A DNA stretch of 39,861 nt, from the IMG/VR virus record IMGVR_UViG_3300020045_002621, positions 1 to 39,861 of that record; one strand, 5' to 3'. Numbering within the stretch: the stretch's first letter is position 1; every line of letters starts with the position of its first letter. The stretch is from a virus. Its lineage: Duplodnaviria > Caudoviricetes. Both the position numbers and the translations under genes were made by a program. Positions 23,968 to 32,733 of the stretch are shown here, piece by piece. Below the pieces are notes generated by a model. It was not told the origin of the DNA. It did not search any database and saw nothing but the letters and a program-made list of their open reading frames with translations.

Positions 23968-25032
23968 CTATTTGAAGATTTGTCGAAATACAGCGGCACC
24001 GGCTTCGATGCTGCCCTCGCTCGCCAATCTCTGGTGCGCCTTGCTTACTGCCCGCGCGTTGGTCGCGGAACGGGAGACACTCACGCCGGGTCGCGCTACA
24101 GGTGCGGCAGGCCTGGGGGCGGGCGTTGACTTGACCGTCTTTTCCGCGCCCTTGATCCTGTCGAATTGCATCGCCTTCCATGCCATAAGCAATTCAGCCG
24201 ATGTCACCTTTGCCGCTTGATCCTTGTCGGTGAACAGTTCGGCGGGGATGCCGCTCTGCACCGCATAGTTGACAATATCGCCTAGAACCTTGCCGCTTTT
24301 CGCTGGGTCTGTAACGTCTGGCACGAGCTGCGTTAGCTTGGGTCGCCATTCGTCCTCGACCATGCGATAGGCTTCCGCCTCTTGACGCTGGTATTCCTGC
24401 TGCTGCTGGGCGGCGATTGCTTGCCGCTGCTGCTTTAGGCTATCAACCATCTGCGCGGACTGTTCATATTGCAGCACCGCTAGATCATAGCTTTCCCGGT
24501 CGTATTGCCCCGTTCCCAAGCCATACTGGCGGGGGTCCGGCTTCTGCGGTGTCACCAATGACAAAACGTCATCAATGGCCGACGCAAACGCATCACGATT
24601 AGCATTGGCGGTCGCTAGTTCCGTCTGGACTTCCTTACGGAGATTAGCTGCCTCCTGAAATTTCTGATTAACCGCCCTGTCTCGCTCTCCCTCGCGCTCA
24701 ATGACTTTCGCCTGCGCTTCGGGTGGGAGCGACTGCCACAGTTCGGCATCATCCTTTCCCCACGAAGATGGCATTTCGGCAACGTCTTGCTGGGCCTCAT
24801 CGGCTGCGTCGTCGTCGTCGCTTCCCTCATCGTCTACTTCATCGACTTCGCCCAAAGGCTCCGCCGTGTCCGTCCCTTCTTCCTCCGCTTGGCTGGCGAA
24901 CCGCCCACTTTCATCGCGGGGCCGCTCGACCGGCTGTTCGGAGGTAAATGCCTTGAAAGCATCCGCCGCGATGGCCGATGCAATGTTCGGGTCTGTTTCT
25001 GCTGCACCGATGTGCTGGGCAGTGTCATCCAT
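23968..25032 (-). CDS. Capsid scaffolding protein
   Basis: Acidic N-terminus with RDESGRFA motif, coiled coil and basic C-terminus; upstream of the capsid gene. Confidence 0.8.
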   Translation of the reverse strand: MDDTAQHIGAAETDPNIASAIAADAFKAFTSEQPVERPRDESGRFASQAEEEGTDTAEPLGEVDEVDDEGSDDDDAADEAQQDVAEMPSSWGKDDAELWQSLPPEAQAKVIEREGERDRAVNQKFQEAANLRKEVQTELATANANRDAFASAIDDVLSLVTPQKPDPRQYGLGTGQYDRESYDLAVLQYEQSAQMVDSLKQQRQAIAAQQQQEYQRQEAEAYRMVEDEWRPKLTQLVPDVTDPAKSGKVLGDIVNYAVQSGIPAELFTDKDQAAKVTSAELLMAWKAMQFDRIKGAEKTVKSTPAPRPAAPVARPGVSVSRSATNARAVSKAHQRLASEGSIEAGAAVFRQIFK

Positions 25033-25064
25033 GATATATCACCTTTTAAGTTTCAACGCAAAAC

Positions 25065-25283
25065 CTACTTCGGAGCCTGTCCTGCCATATTGGCAAGCTT
25101 GCCCCGCAACCGTTCCAAAGCTTTCAGTTCGTGCCACAGCCGCTCACGTTTCCGTGGCCACCATGCCGCCGACCATTGTTCATGTATCTCGCGCTCCGTT
25201 TCCTCGAACGCCTCTTTAAGCGCACCATCCTCCAAGGCAGCACGGGCGCGAAAGCCACGGGCGCGGCGCTGTTCGGGTGTCAC
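25065..25283 (-). CDS. Small helical protein between portal and scaffold
   Basis: 72 aa, GTGA-coupled to the portal; RERLWHELKAL motif. Confidence 0.7.
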   Translation of the reverse strand: MTPEQRRARGFRARAALEDGALKEAFEETEREIHEQWSAAWWPRKRERLWHELKALERLRGKLANMAGQAPK

Positions 25284-27391
25284 TTGTCCAAATCTCCACC
25301 CTCACGAAGCTTGCTCATTTCGCTCTTTTCGTGCGCCATCTCGCGGTCCATGGCCATGCGTTCGCGGGCCATTTCCATTTCAAACGCCTGCTGTGTCATC
25401 GCAAGCTGCATTTCCGCCTCTGCCTTGGCGCGTTCCAGTTCAAGTTTGGCCGCCGCATCCTCACGCATGAGCATGATCTTTGCCGCCGCTTCTTCCTGCT
25501 TCAATTGCAGATTGAGCGCCGCCTCTTGCTGCTTGGCCTGCTGCTCAGCCTGCTTCATCTGCATCTCAGCCTGAACCTTCATCATTTCAGGGTCTGGCTT
25601 CTCAGGCTTTTCTTCGCCCTCTTGCGGCTCAGTGACATAACCGTCCACATTCTTAACGCCGGACGCATTCAGGAACCGCTTTACCGCCGCGAATACGTTT
25701 TCTTCCGTCACCATCGAAGCGAACGGCGTCTGTGCAAGCCGGTCCTGAACCTCCAAGATGCCCATTGCCATCGCGGCCTGCTCCGCCTTGTCGCCAACGC
25801 CAAGCCCGACGCTGATCTCCAAATCCATATCGGGGTTCCAGTTGGACGGGTCCACCTCCACCCACTTGTTGCGCAACCGGATCATGCGCGCCTTTGGTTG
25901 ATGCTCGACCAACAGCTTCAAGATCATCTTGAACAGCCGCTTTACGCCAGTCTCAGCGAAGATACGCGCGATCATTTCCACGCGGGCGTTCTTACCGCCT
26001 TGGATCATCGCCATTTCGGTCGCGGTCGTTTGGCCCGACTTTTTCAGCGCGTTTTGGTCCAACCCCTGGCCATTGCGCCCTATGCCGGTTTTCTGCTCCG
26101 TCTGCATCTGGACATAATCCAGCATCGGGAACGACTTTTCCGCGAAGAACGGCACCGCCTCATAGCGGATAGGGACATTGCCCTCATAAACTGCCGCGCC
26201 GGGTGCTGTGTCCGCAAGGCTATCCAGCGTCGAACCGTCCTGCCGCTCTGCATTGTTCGGGATATGCGGGCGGGGGTTGTTAGCCTTATACAGATTGTCC
26301 AGCGACTGCCGCCAGAGCGCCGTGCTAATTTTCTGCTCCTGCACCGCCTGATCGGCCAGCGACACGCCGTAAACCTTGTGCGGCATGGGGACGGGGCAAA
26401 GGACGGCCATCAATATATCGTCGGCCTCCTCGTTATACAGCACCACGTCGCCAACGCGCATTACCTTGCGCAATTCAGCCAAGCCATCACCGTCGAAGTC
26501 CACACGGATATATTCCTCGCGGAAGTCAACCAACTCCTGGCTTTTGTGGGGCGTCCCAAGGTAAGCCTGCTGCGCGCCATAGCCCTCATCACGATAGCGA
26601 GCCTCTGCCCGCCCGCTTTCATCGCGGAAGCCAGCCGATGCGGGCAAGCTCTCCACAATGTCGGGATCGAAGCCCATGGCAATCAAGTCGGCGCGCATCA
26701 TGTTGCGCGGGACATGCGCGACATAGGGAGCCGTATCAATCGACCGGCTGAACGGGGAGATGAAAAACTCCTCCGGGGGGATGACCTCGACCTTGACCCG
26801 GCCATCGGGGACCGTCTCCAGCACCGAAACGGTAAACGTCCCGTCGCCATTGTCCTGTTCGCCCTGATAACCCTCATTCTCGCGGGCCAACATCAAGCCG
26901 ATAGCATCAACGATTGTCTGTCGTGGCTCTTGACGGGTCTGATCCTCCCACCACGTCTTGACGATGCCCACCTTGGTCAGGAGCGCGTCCTTGAACCAGT
27001 TGTGCAGGATGATAAAGCCGGGGTTATCGCAGTTGAACACGTAATTGACGTATTCTGTCGCCTGCTGTGCCTGCTCCTCGTCCTCCGGCCCGCGTGGCTG
27101 GAACGACACCACGTCATCCGCCGACACGAACGGCTTGAGCGTGGCAGCCAGCGCATTGTCGATCACAACGCCCACAGTCCCATCCACAACGGACGACGAT
27201 CCATCCTCTGCCGGTAGGTCTGGCATTTTCCGATAATAATAGTTGATCGCCCGCTCTTGTTGGACGGCGATCTCCGTATATTCCTCCCCGATAGCCTCTG
27301 CCTCAAATTGCTGGCAAAGCGCCACCAGTTCGCTATCGGTCATCGGCGGCTCGACCATAGGCTCGTCAAGCATTTCAATCGCAATGGCCAT
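25280..27391 (-). CDS. Portal protein (P22-like, with C-terminal coiled-coil barrel)
   Basis: FQPRGPEDEEQAQQATEYVNYVF, WFKDALLTKVGIVK and IARIFAETG motifs; long Q/E/A helical C-terminus; TGATG start at 27391. Confidence 0.93.
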   Translation of the reverse strand: MAIAIEMLDEPMVEPPMTDSELVALCQQFEAEAIGEEYTEIAVQQERAINYYYRKMPDLPAEDGSSSVVDGTVGVVIDNALAATLKPFVSADDVVSFQPRGPEDEEQAQQATEYVNYVFNCDNPGFIILHNWFKDALLTKVGIVKTWWEDQTRQEPRQTIVDAIGLMLARENEGYQGEQDNGDGTFTVSVLETVPDGRVKVEVIPPEEFFISPFSRSIDTAPYVAHVPRNMMRADLIAMGFDPDIVESLPASAGFRDESGRAEARYRDEGYGAQQAYLGTPHKSQELVDFREEYIRVDFDGDGLAELRKVMRVGDVVLYNEEADDILMAVLCPVPMPHKVYGVSLADQAVQEQKISTALWRQSLDNLYKANNPRPHIPNNAERQDGSTLDSLADTAPGAAVYEGNVPIRYEAVPFFAEKSFPMLDYVQMQTEQKTGIGRNGQGLDQNALKKSGQTTATEMAMIQGGKNARVEMIARIFAETGVKRLFKMILKLLVEHQPKARMIRLRNKWVEVDPSNWNPDMDLEISVGLGVGDKAEQAAMAMGILEVQDRLAQTPFASMVTEENVFAAVKRFLNASGVKNVDGYVTEPQEGEEKPEKPDPEMMKVQAEMQMKQAEQQAKQQEAALNLQLKQEEAAAKIMLMREDAAAKLELERAKAEAEMQLAMTQQAFEMEMARERMAMDREMAHEKSEMSKLREGGDLDK

Positions 27392-27585
27392 CAGGACAAC
27401 TTCTCGATCATCTGTGCAATCCCATACTGACATGGGCCAAGGCGGATCGCCTCCCATTCATCGGGATAAGCGGTCTTGAACGCCTCAACGGCCTGTGCAA
27501 ACGATCCCGTCACTACAACAGGCGGGCTATCAGTTGCCGCACCTTCCAGCTTGGGCGGGCGACCACGGCGCTTGGGTTCGGTCAT
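27391..27585 (-). CDS. Small protein with an AT-hook-like motif
   Basis: PKRRGRPPK; coupled to both TerL and portal. Confidence 0.7.
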   Translation of the reverse strand: MTEPKRRGRPPKLEGAATDSPPVVVTGSFAQAVEAFKTAYPDEWEAIRLGPCQYGIAQMIEKLS

Positions 27586-29120
27586 ACAACTCCCCTTCTC
27601 ATGCCGATTGACGGGCGTTTGGCGTTTGCGTTCATGCGCGGCATGATAGCAGCACTTTCAAATGATTTATAGCCATGGCTAAATTCATCATGGCGGGGGC
27701 GGCTTTTCCACGTCCCAAGCTTGTCATCCCATTCCTTGCGGTAGTTGTCCAGGCACTTGATGAGGAGGTCGCAGCGCTCTTCATCGACATAAACATGCGG
27801 CAAGAAAGTCCGACTCGCATCAATGCCGGTCAACTCGTCATCAATGCGCTGCAATACCTCGATTGGATAGATACCAGCCTTCTCAGCCTCCTGTTTGCGC
27901 GTCGTGGCTATGACGTTGAGCATATGATGATCGGCATCGTGAGGCATCCAATGCCGCGAATAGTTATAACCGCGCTGTTGCAGGATCGCCGCATAGTGGC
28001 CCCAGCCTTCCCCGCTGTTTTCGTAATAGTCGATCAGGCGGCGTTCCATGCCAACGTCCTGCCAGAAGCAAATCGCCATGCAGTCGTTATAGCCCAAGTC
28101 CCACGATGTATAGACCGGAGCGTCAAGGATGGGTATCCGGCATATCCGCCCTTGCTGGCGCATCTTTGCCATCTGCGGCGCGAAATATGCGCCCTCTACA
28201 GACGCTTCAAAAGCCTCGTCCGGCGTCGATGGGTATTCCCGCCGGACGTCATCGCCCTGTTGCTCGGCCTTCTTGACATACCAAGCCCGCTGTTGCCGTG
28301 TCAGCACAACGCCGTGCGCCTCAAATGCGTAGGGCGCGATCTTGTCGAAATACTCCTGCATTTCCCGCGTCTCGCCAACGTCATCGGCAAGCTGGTATTC
28401 TGCGGACGTAAACCATGGGGAGAAATGAAACTTGAAGTCCAAAGCCGTCAGCGGCGAACCAGACTGCGCCTTCTTGCGCGCCGCCTCACACAGGTCATAG
28501 AAGTGACCGCTATGCCCCTCTGCCGTGCTTTCAACGGTAATGCGCTGGCCAGCCTGCACAGTGTTGAACGCGCCCGACTTCACTTCCCGCGCCTTCTCAG
28601 GGAACTTTGCGCACAGCTTGCCATATTCTGACACATGCAAACGCTGCAACGTGCCAGAGCGCAAAGACGTGCCGACCCGGATGGACGAGCCATTTCCGAA
28701 CTTCATGCTTGCCGCCGCGTCTTGCTCAGCCGGGACAAGCGCCTTAAACTCCACAGGCAGGCGGTCATAGGCGAACTTGATCTTGTCGGCAAAGAACGCC
28801 TTGGCATCATCCAGATTGTGCGCGATCACGCCAGCACTGATGTTGGGGATGAACAGGCAATCATCCAACATGTCGATCTGGATAACCGTCGTCATACCCT
28901 TTTGCCGCGCCTTGAGCATGATGTCTAAGCCGTGGCGGTTGACCAGAAAATCCTCCTGGTCAGGGTTCATGCGGAATGGGACTTCTCGCCCTTCCTTATC
29001 GCGGATCGTATAGAAGCCCTCACGCAAGCGGCCCATCTTGTCGGGCCAGCGCTTCATGACAGCGGAAAGGGCCGCTATCTGCTCTTTCGTCAATGGCGGT
29101 ATTGTTAGCGCCCCAGCCAT
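27582..29120 (-). CDS. terL: Terminase large subunit
   Basis: LKARQKGMTT (Walker A), LHVSEYG (Walker B), ESTAEG, and nuclease motifs WDLG, PHDA and HDEFSH. Confidence 0.95.
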   Translation of the reverse strand: MAGALTIPPLTKEQIAALSAVMKRWPDKMGRLREGFYTIRDKEGREVPFRMNPDQEDFLVNRHGLDIMLKARQKGMTTVIQIDMLDDCLFIPNISAGVIAHNLDDAKAFFADKIKFAYDRLPVEFKALVPAEQDAAASMKFGNGSSIRVGTSLRSGTLQRLHVSEYGKLCAKFPEKAREVKSGAFNTVQAGQRITVESTAEGHSGHFYDLCEAARKKAQSGSPLTALDFKFHFSPWFTSAEYQLADDVGETREMQEYFDKIAPYAFEAHGVVLTRQQRAWYVKKAEQQGDDVRREYPSTPDEAFEASVEGAYFAPQMAKMRQQGRICRIPILDAPVYTSWDLGYNDCMAICFWQDVGMERRLIDYYENSGEGWGHYAAILQQRGYNYSRHWMPHDADHHMLNVIATTRKQEAEKAGIYPIEVLQRIDDELTGIDASRTFLPHVYVDEERCDLLIKCLDNYRKEWDDKLGTWKSRPRHDEFSHGYKSFESAAIMPRMNANAKRPSIGMRRGVV

Positions 29121-29548
29121 GCAGCCAACTCAGGTGACACGGTAGTTTCGATGGAGCCGCTATGCTCTACATCCTGCTTGTCTCGCCATTCGCCAGACCT
29201 GCGGTTCTTTAGCCAAAAGATAGCTGCCGTTGTGTCTGGTGCGATCTTTGCCCGGAACGGTGCATAGACAGGCTCAGTCGCGCCACCCGGCATGAAGATT
29301 TTAACCTCATCCTGTTCATAGCCGATGGCCTTCTGGTAAAGGCTCCGCTCTACACGCTCGTCTGCAATTTCCTTGCCAACCTTTAGGGACTGACAAAATT
29401 CGTCATAGTCATGCTTCCAGCGGTAGATCGTTCGCACGTCTACCTCAAAGAAGTCGGCCATCTCTTGATCGGTGGCACCTAACTCAGATAGCTTTTGAGC
29501 CTGCCTCGCAAAGTCTGGATCATACGATGACGGACGGCCTGCAGGCAT
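29105..29548 (-). CDS. terS: Terminase small subunit
   Basis: GRPSSY, HTH segment, VERSLYQKAIGY and PDTTAAIFWLKNR..WRDK motifs. Confidence 0.92.
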   Translation of the reverse strand: MPAGRPSSYDPDFARQAQKLSELGATDQEMADFFEVDVRTIYRWKHDYDEFCQSLKVGKEIADERVERSLYQKAIGYEQDEVKIFMPGGATEPVYAPFRAKIAPDTTAAIFWLKNRRSGEWRDKQDVEHSGSIETTVSPELAAWLGR

Positions 29549-29566
29549 TTGGTAGGCTCCAGTAAT

Positions 29567-29609
29567 ACGACCGGCGGTCGTCTCTATTGCTCAACAACCG
29601 CCGCGTCGT
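29567..29609 (-). promoter_or_regulatory. Long hairpin in the leader of the late operon
   Basis: ACGAC-G-CGGCGGTTGT / ACGACCGCCG-GTCGT, about 15 bp, ending just upstream of the terS SD. Confidence 0.5.
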
Positions 29610-29657
29610 CCAGATGATTGACCACCGTCCTTTCGCAAGGGTTGCCCCTCTTGTGTA

Positions 29658-29858
29658 TCAACGGTTGGTGGAGGATGCAAGCCCCATGCCTTGAATGACA
29701 AAGCGAAGGGGAGGGATTATCTCAGCCATGTTTCTTTTGCTCTGCCATTTCGACCATCCCGGCAAATGGCCAATCGCAAACATGTTCAATTGCCACCACG
29801 CGATACCCGTCTCAGGGTCTATCGGCAATGGGTAGTCTGGTGGGTATGCTGGTTTCAT
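29658..29858 (-). CDS. Hypothetical protein
   Basis: ATGA overlap; MKPAYPPDY... Confidence 0.5.
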   Translation of the reverse strand: MKPAYPPDYPLPIDPETGIAWWQLNMFAIGHLPGWSKWQSKRNMAEIIPPLRFVIQGMGLASSTNR

Positions 29859-30151
29859 CTCATCACACTCACTTGGTTTTGCCCCGGTATGGTCGCCCGC
29901 CATGCCGTTGGTTTCATTTTGCGGCCAGCCTCCAGCGCGTCGTTTGTGCTGAAATCCATATCAATGCCGTATTGCGCCGCGACCTTGCGAGCCTTTGCGA
30001 TGTTGTAGTAATATTTTCCATCGACTTGGCTTCCGTCATCCCAACGCCAAAAGGCATCCCACGACCCCATGAAGGCGTCATCGCAACGCTTGCAAATATC
30101 ACAAAGCCCATGCGGATCATCCAAGTTTTTGCACCATGGCATGAATGTCAT
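29855..30151 (-). CDS. Hypothetical protein
   Basis: GGAGG SD; coupled to neighbours. Confidence 0.65.
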   Translation of the reverse strand: MTFMPWCKNLDDPHGLCDICKRCDDAFMGSWDAFWRWDDGSQVDGKYYYNIAKARKVAAQYGIDMDFSTNDALEAGRKMKPTAWRATIPGQNQVSVMR

Positions 30152-30252
30152 CTCGCCACCTCCATAACCATCGCGCGATCATTGCGCCAGTTGTGTAACC
30201 AAAGCCCCGCTTTATGTGGTGCCAGGTGGCGTGCCGTGTGGTAGATGGTCAT
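30148..30252 (-). CDS. Small hypothetical protein (34 aa)
   Basis: MTIYHTARHLAPHKAGLWLHNWRNDRAMVMEVAR; ATGA overlaps at both ends; GGAGG SD. Confidence 0.55.
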   Translation of the reverse strand: MTIYHTARHLAPHKAGLWLHNWRNDRAMVMEVAR

Positions 30253-30461
30253 TTCCTTGCCTCCATCTTTCCATATGCGTCATATTCTTTTGTAGCACCA
30301 AGGCACCGCTCCACCGTCTCCGCCTCAAACCCGGCCAGCAATTGCATCACGGTCGTTGCATCGAAATGACCGGAGCGGATTAGCGCTTGGTCCATGCCGC
30401 CAAAGCAGCCAAGGGCGCTGATATACAACTCACGGACGGCGGGGGTTACTTTGTGGGTCAT
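30249..30461 (-). CDS. Hypothetical protein
   Basis: ATGA coupling; GGAG SD. Confidence 0.65.
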   Translation of the reverse strand: MTHKVTPAVRELYISALGCFGGMDQALIRSGHFDATTVMQLLAGFEAETVERCLGATKEYDAYGKMEARK

Positions 30462-30679
30462 GATACTTGCTCCGTGAGTTGGGTATGGCTTTTGGCTCTA
30501 TACGCCACGCGATCCCAATCCGCCGTGGCGTTCCAGCATCCTTCACCCCATTTCCAACCATAGCCGCGCATATGATACATTACACCGTCCCTGCACAGGT
30601 AGGGGCCATGATCCCAATCCTTTGGTTCATTGGGGTAGTCTGGATGATCTGGGCCGTATCGATTCATGGTGCCATCCAT
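30458..30679 (-). CDS. Hypothetical protein
   Basis: AGGAGG SD and TGATG coupling; Trp/Tyr-rich. Confidence 0.65.
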   Translation of the reverse strand: MDGTMNRYGPDHPDYPNEPKDWDHGPYLCRDGVMYHMRGYGWKWGEGCWNATADWDRVAYRAKSHTQLTEQVS

Positions 30680-30828
30680 CACTTAGCCCTCCTTGCTCGC
30701 AATATGCAGCGGTTGCGTATCTGGGCCATCACAGGCGTGTGGACCTTGCGGACATGCTCATAGGCTGCTTCGGCCTCCGCCAGCCGGGTTGCCTCATCAC
30801 CGCGTAGGTGGTCGCGCCAGTTGGTCAT
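30679..30828 (-). CDS. Small hypothetical protein (49 aa)
   Basis: MTNWRDHLRGDEATRLAEAEAAYEHVRKVHTPVMAQIRNRCILRARRAK; fills the operon gap. Confidence 0.6.
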   Translation of the reverse strand: MTNWRDHLRGDEATRLAEAEAAYEHVRKVHTPVMAQIRNRCILRARRAK

Positions 30829-30839
30829 AGATTATCCGA

Positions 30840-31043
30840 TCACATTTCGTTGCGCGAGGCTGCTCGGAGATCATTGCACGCCACGAAAAATCGGAGTGTG
30901 TCTAGCGCCATGTCCCAAACACGCGAAGGCTCGTCGGCATTATCAAGGCAAGTCATTTCAACAAATGAGCGCCCGCGATCGTCAATGCCTTCAGCATCAC
31001 ATGCTTTGCGCACTTCCGCGTAGAACTCTGCTTCGGTTGTCAT
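30840..31043 (-). CDS. Hypothetical protein
   Basis: GGAGG SD; coupled to the upstream gene. Confidence 0.65.
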   Translation of the reverse strand: MTTEAEFYAEVRKACDAEGIDDRGRSFVEMTCLDNADEPSRVWDMALDTLRFFVACNDLRAASRNEM

Positions 31044-31303
31044 GTCATTTCCTCCGTTGATGACACCTTTTTAGCATGACAAACGGATAACGCAACAACT
31101 ATTTTGCATGTTTGGCAAGGGTGGACCATATCATAACGCAGGCCACTTCGACCGATATCCCGCTTGTCAGCCTGTAGCTGTTCGATTGTGTCGGCTGTCT
31201 CTATGGCTTTTGCGGCATATTCAACCGTCAAGTCATCACCGACAGCCACAGCAAGGTCGATATGGCGCGCTTCATTGCGCCAGTAGGCTACCAAATCACT
31301 CAT
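31040..31303 (-). CDS. Hypothetical protein
   Basis: GGAGG SD; [12 protein letters not shown]... Confidence 0.6.
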   Translation of the reverse strand: MSDLVAYWRNEARHIDLAVAVGDDLTVEYAAKAIETADTIEQLQADKRDIGRSGLRYDMVHPCQTCKIVVALSVCHAKKVSSTEEMT

Positions 31304-32021
31304 CACCACCCCTCCCTCTCAACCTGCGACATGCACTCAACCAAGCCCATGGCAAGACGATTGATCGCCTTCTTTTTGGCGTAGGCGTAGGCGTTGGCGT
31401 TGGCGTAGGCGTAGGCGTCGGCGTGGCGTAGGCGTAGGCGTAGGCGTAGGCGTTGGCGTTGGCGCTGGCGTTGGCGTTGGCGTTGGCGTAGGCGTAGGCG
31501 TCGGCGTAGGCGTAGGCGTAGGCGTAGGCGTTGGCGTAGGCGTAGGCGTAGGCGTTCCTCAAGGCCTTATACCAGTCGTCACGCGGCGCACGGTCGCCAT
31601 TCATAGCGCGTCGGTGCAAGTCCTGAATTGCCTTCTGCGCGCTACTATCGCGGCCCATCTTCTCTGCTGCCTCGATACCCATCTGCCACGAATAATTGGC
31701 GTGCCAATCGTAAATGACTTCAAACGGCACCTGACCATTGAGCCGGTCGAGCTGTTCGTAAAATGACGCGCCCCACGCAAAAGCATCTTCCGCGTCCTGA
31801 CCGTCGAACAACCACGGGACCATGCGCGCCAGCCATTTAGGCATCACGGTCGCGGGGCAAAGCGACGGGCTATCCAGCTTCGGGTCGATCACACCGAGCG
31901 CGCAGGCGACACGCCGCCCATCTTCTTCGCTGTTCCAAGTCCCTTGGCGCAACCAGCCGTTGGCAAGCGCATCCTTGTATTGCTCGAACGCAGTATGTGC
32001 AGTTGCTTCAATCATGTTCAT
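31303..32021 (-). CDS. (Y/N/D)A-repeat protein, frameshifted by a 1-nt deletion in the repeat
   Basis: As sequenced it ends ...PTPTPK...GDE at 31296; restoring 1 nt gives ...[28 protein letters not shown] with TGATG coupling at 31303. Confidence 0.75.
31378..31556. repeat. Tandem array of 30 hexamer units GGCG(TA/TT/TC/CT)
   Basis: Counted by hand: 29 six-bp units plus one 5-bp unit (GGCGT, 31420-31424). Confidence 0.95.
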
Positions 32022-32214
32022 TACTCCAATAATCAGCCGATAGGATGCCGCGATCCAGTAGGGCCATGAGCCGGGAGACGGGGCCAGGCGGCACTACCTC
32101 CCCTTGCTCATACCGTCCGATGATGCGCTTATCCTTTAGGCCAAGCCATGCCATCAACTGTGACTGCGACATACCAGCCGCTTGGCGGATTTGCTTGAAG
32201 GTGTGGGGTGTCAT
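32008..32214 (-). CDS. XRE-family HTH regulator (68 aa)
   Basis: MTPHTFKQIRQAAGMSQSQLMAWLGLKDKRIIGRYEQGEVVPPGPVSRLM; AAGGA SD. Confidence 0.88.
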   Translation of the reverse strand: MTPHTFKQIRQAAGMSQSQLMAWLGLKDKRIIGRYEQGEVVPPGPVSRLMALLDRGILSADYWSNEHD

Positions 32215-32229
32215 GCTTTTTCCTTGAAA

Positions 32230-32348
32230 TGGTGGGGGATAACGGGAATTGAACCCGCGAGCCGCAGTCGGGAACGGCCACGTTTGCCGCCACGCTGTAG
32301 GTCGGTCTTGCCTCGCTCCATCAAACCTTTCGGCGGAGACATACCCCC
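32230..32348 (-). ncRNA. tRNA-like structured RNA (119 nt, encoded CCA, non-canonical core)
   Basis: 5' GGGGGTA pairs with 3' TATCCCCC-A-CCA; T-arm GCGGG-TTCAATT-CCCGT; intergenic. Confidence 0.65.
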
Positions 32349-32356
32349 AAACTCGC

Positions 32357-32629
32357 TTAACGATGGGAGCGGTTGTAAAAATCAGCCGCTCCGTTGGAAT
32401 TATTGAAATACGCGGTTTCAGCTTCCAGCATGTAGGCGTCGGCAAACGGGCTTTCGCTATACTCTTGGACCACAACCGGGATGTTGCGCTTAGCGGCCAT
32501 ATCAGCCTTCCACGCATCGAAGGACATTGCCTCGTAACCCCAATCGGCGCAGCCATCGAGATAATCGTAATATGCCTCGGTAGCGTTGTCTGGCTGTCCG
32601 TGATCTGCTGCTTGGTAGGTCATTTCCAT
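32357..32629 (-). CDS. Acidic, aromatic-rich hypothetical protein
   Basis: GGGAG SD; first gene after a consensus promoter. Confidence 0.75.
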   Translation of the reverse strand: MEMTYQAADHGQPDNATEAYYDYLDGCADWGYEAMSFDAWKADMAAKRNIPVVVQEYSESPFADAYMLEAETAYFNNSNGAADFYNRSHR

Positions 32630-32670
32630 TCTCCCTTGGTAAGGTTGGGCATCGCCCTGTTGATGAAACC

Positions 32671-32699
32671 CTTATAGGCATAGCGCCTACAGGTGTCAA
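32671..32699 (-). promoter_or_regulatory. Strong sigma70 promoter with a palindrome in the spacer
   Basis: TTGACA-17 bp-TATAAG; TAGGC...GCCTA inverted repeat at 32675-32689. Confidence 0.8.
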
Positions 32700-32733
32700 A
32701 CCATTATTTCAAAATAATAGCGCGCCCATGTGA

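Noticed and set aside
25277-27217. 646-aa plus-strand ORF, and similar long antisense ORFs at 15895-16743, 22951-23850 and 27675-28631
   Set aside because: They mirror portal, ejection, capsid and terminase genes; open antisense frames are expected from high-GC codon bias and show no motifs
31108-31431. Plus-strand ORF ending in (GV)n
   Set aside because: Antisense shadow of the hexamer array, opposite to a tightly coupled minus-strand operon
31378-31556. Diversity-generating retroelement: units vary only at the adenines of AAC (TAC, GAC, AGC)
   Set aside because: No reverse transcriptase and no separate template/variable repeat pair was seen in a complete genome; slippage plus point mutation is sufficient
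31378-31556. CRISPR or mini-array
   Set aside because: Units are contiguous 6-mers with no spacers and lie inside a coding frame
32230-32260. attP derived from a tRNA 3' end
   Set aside because: No integrase recognised, and a complementary 5' acceptor strand is present about 115 nt away, favouring a whole RNA; not fully excluded
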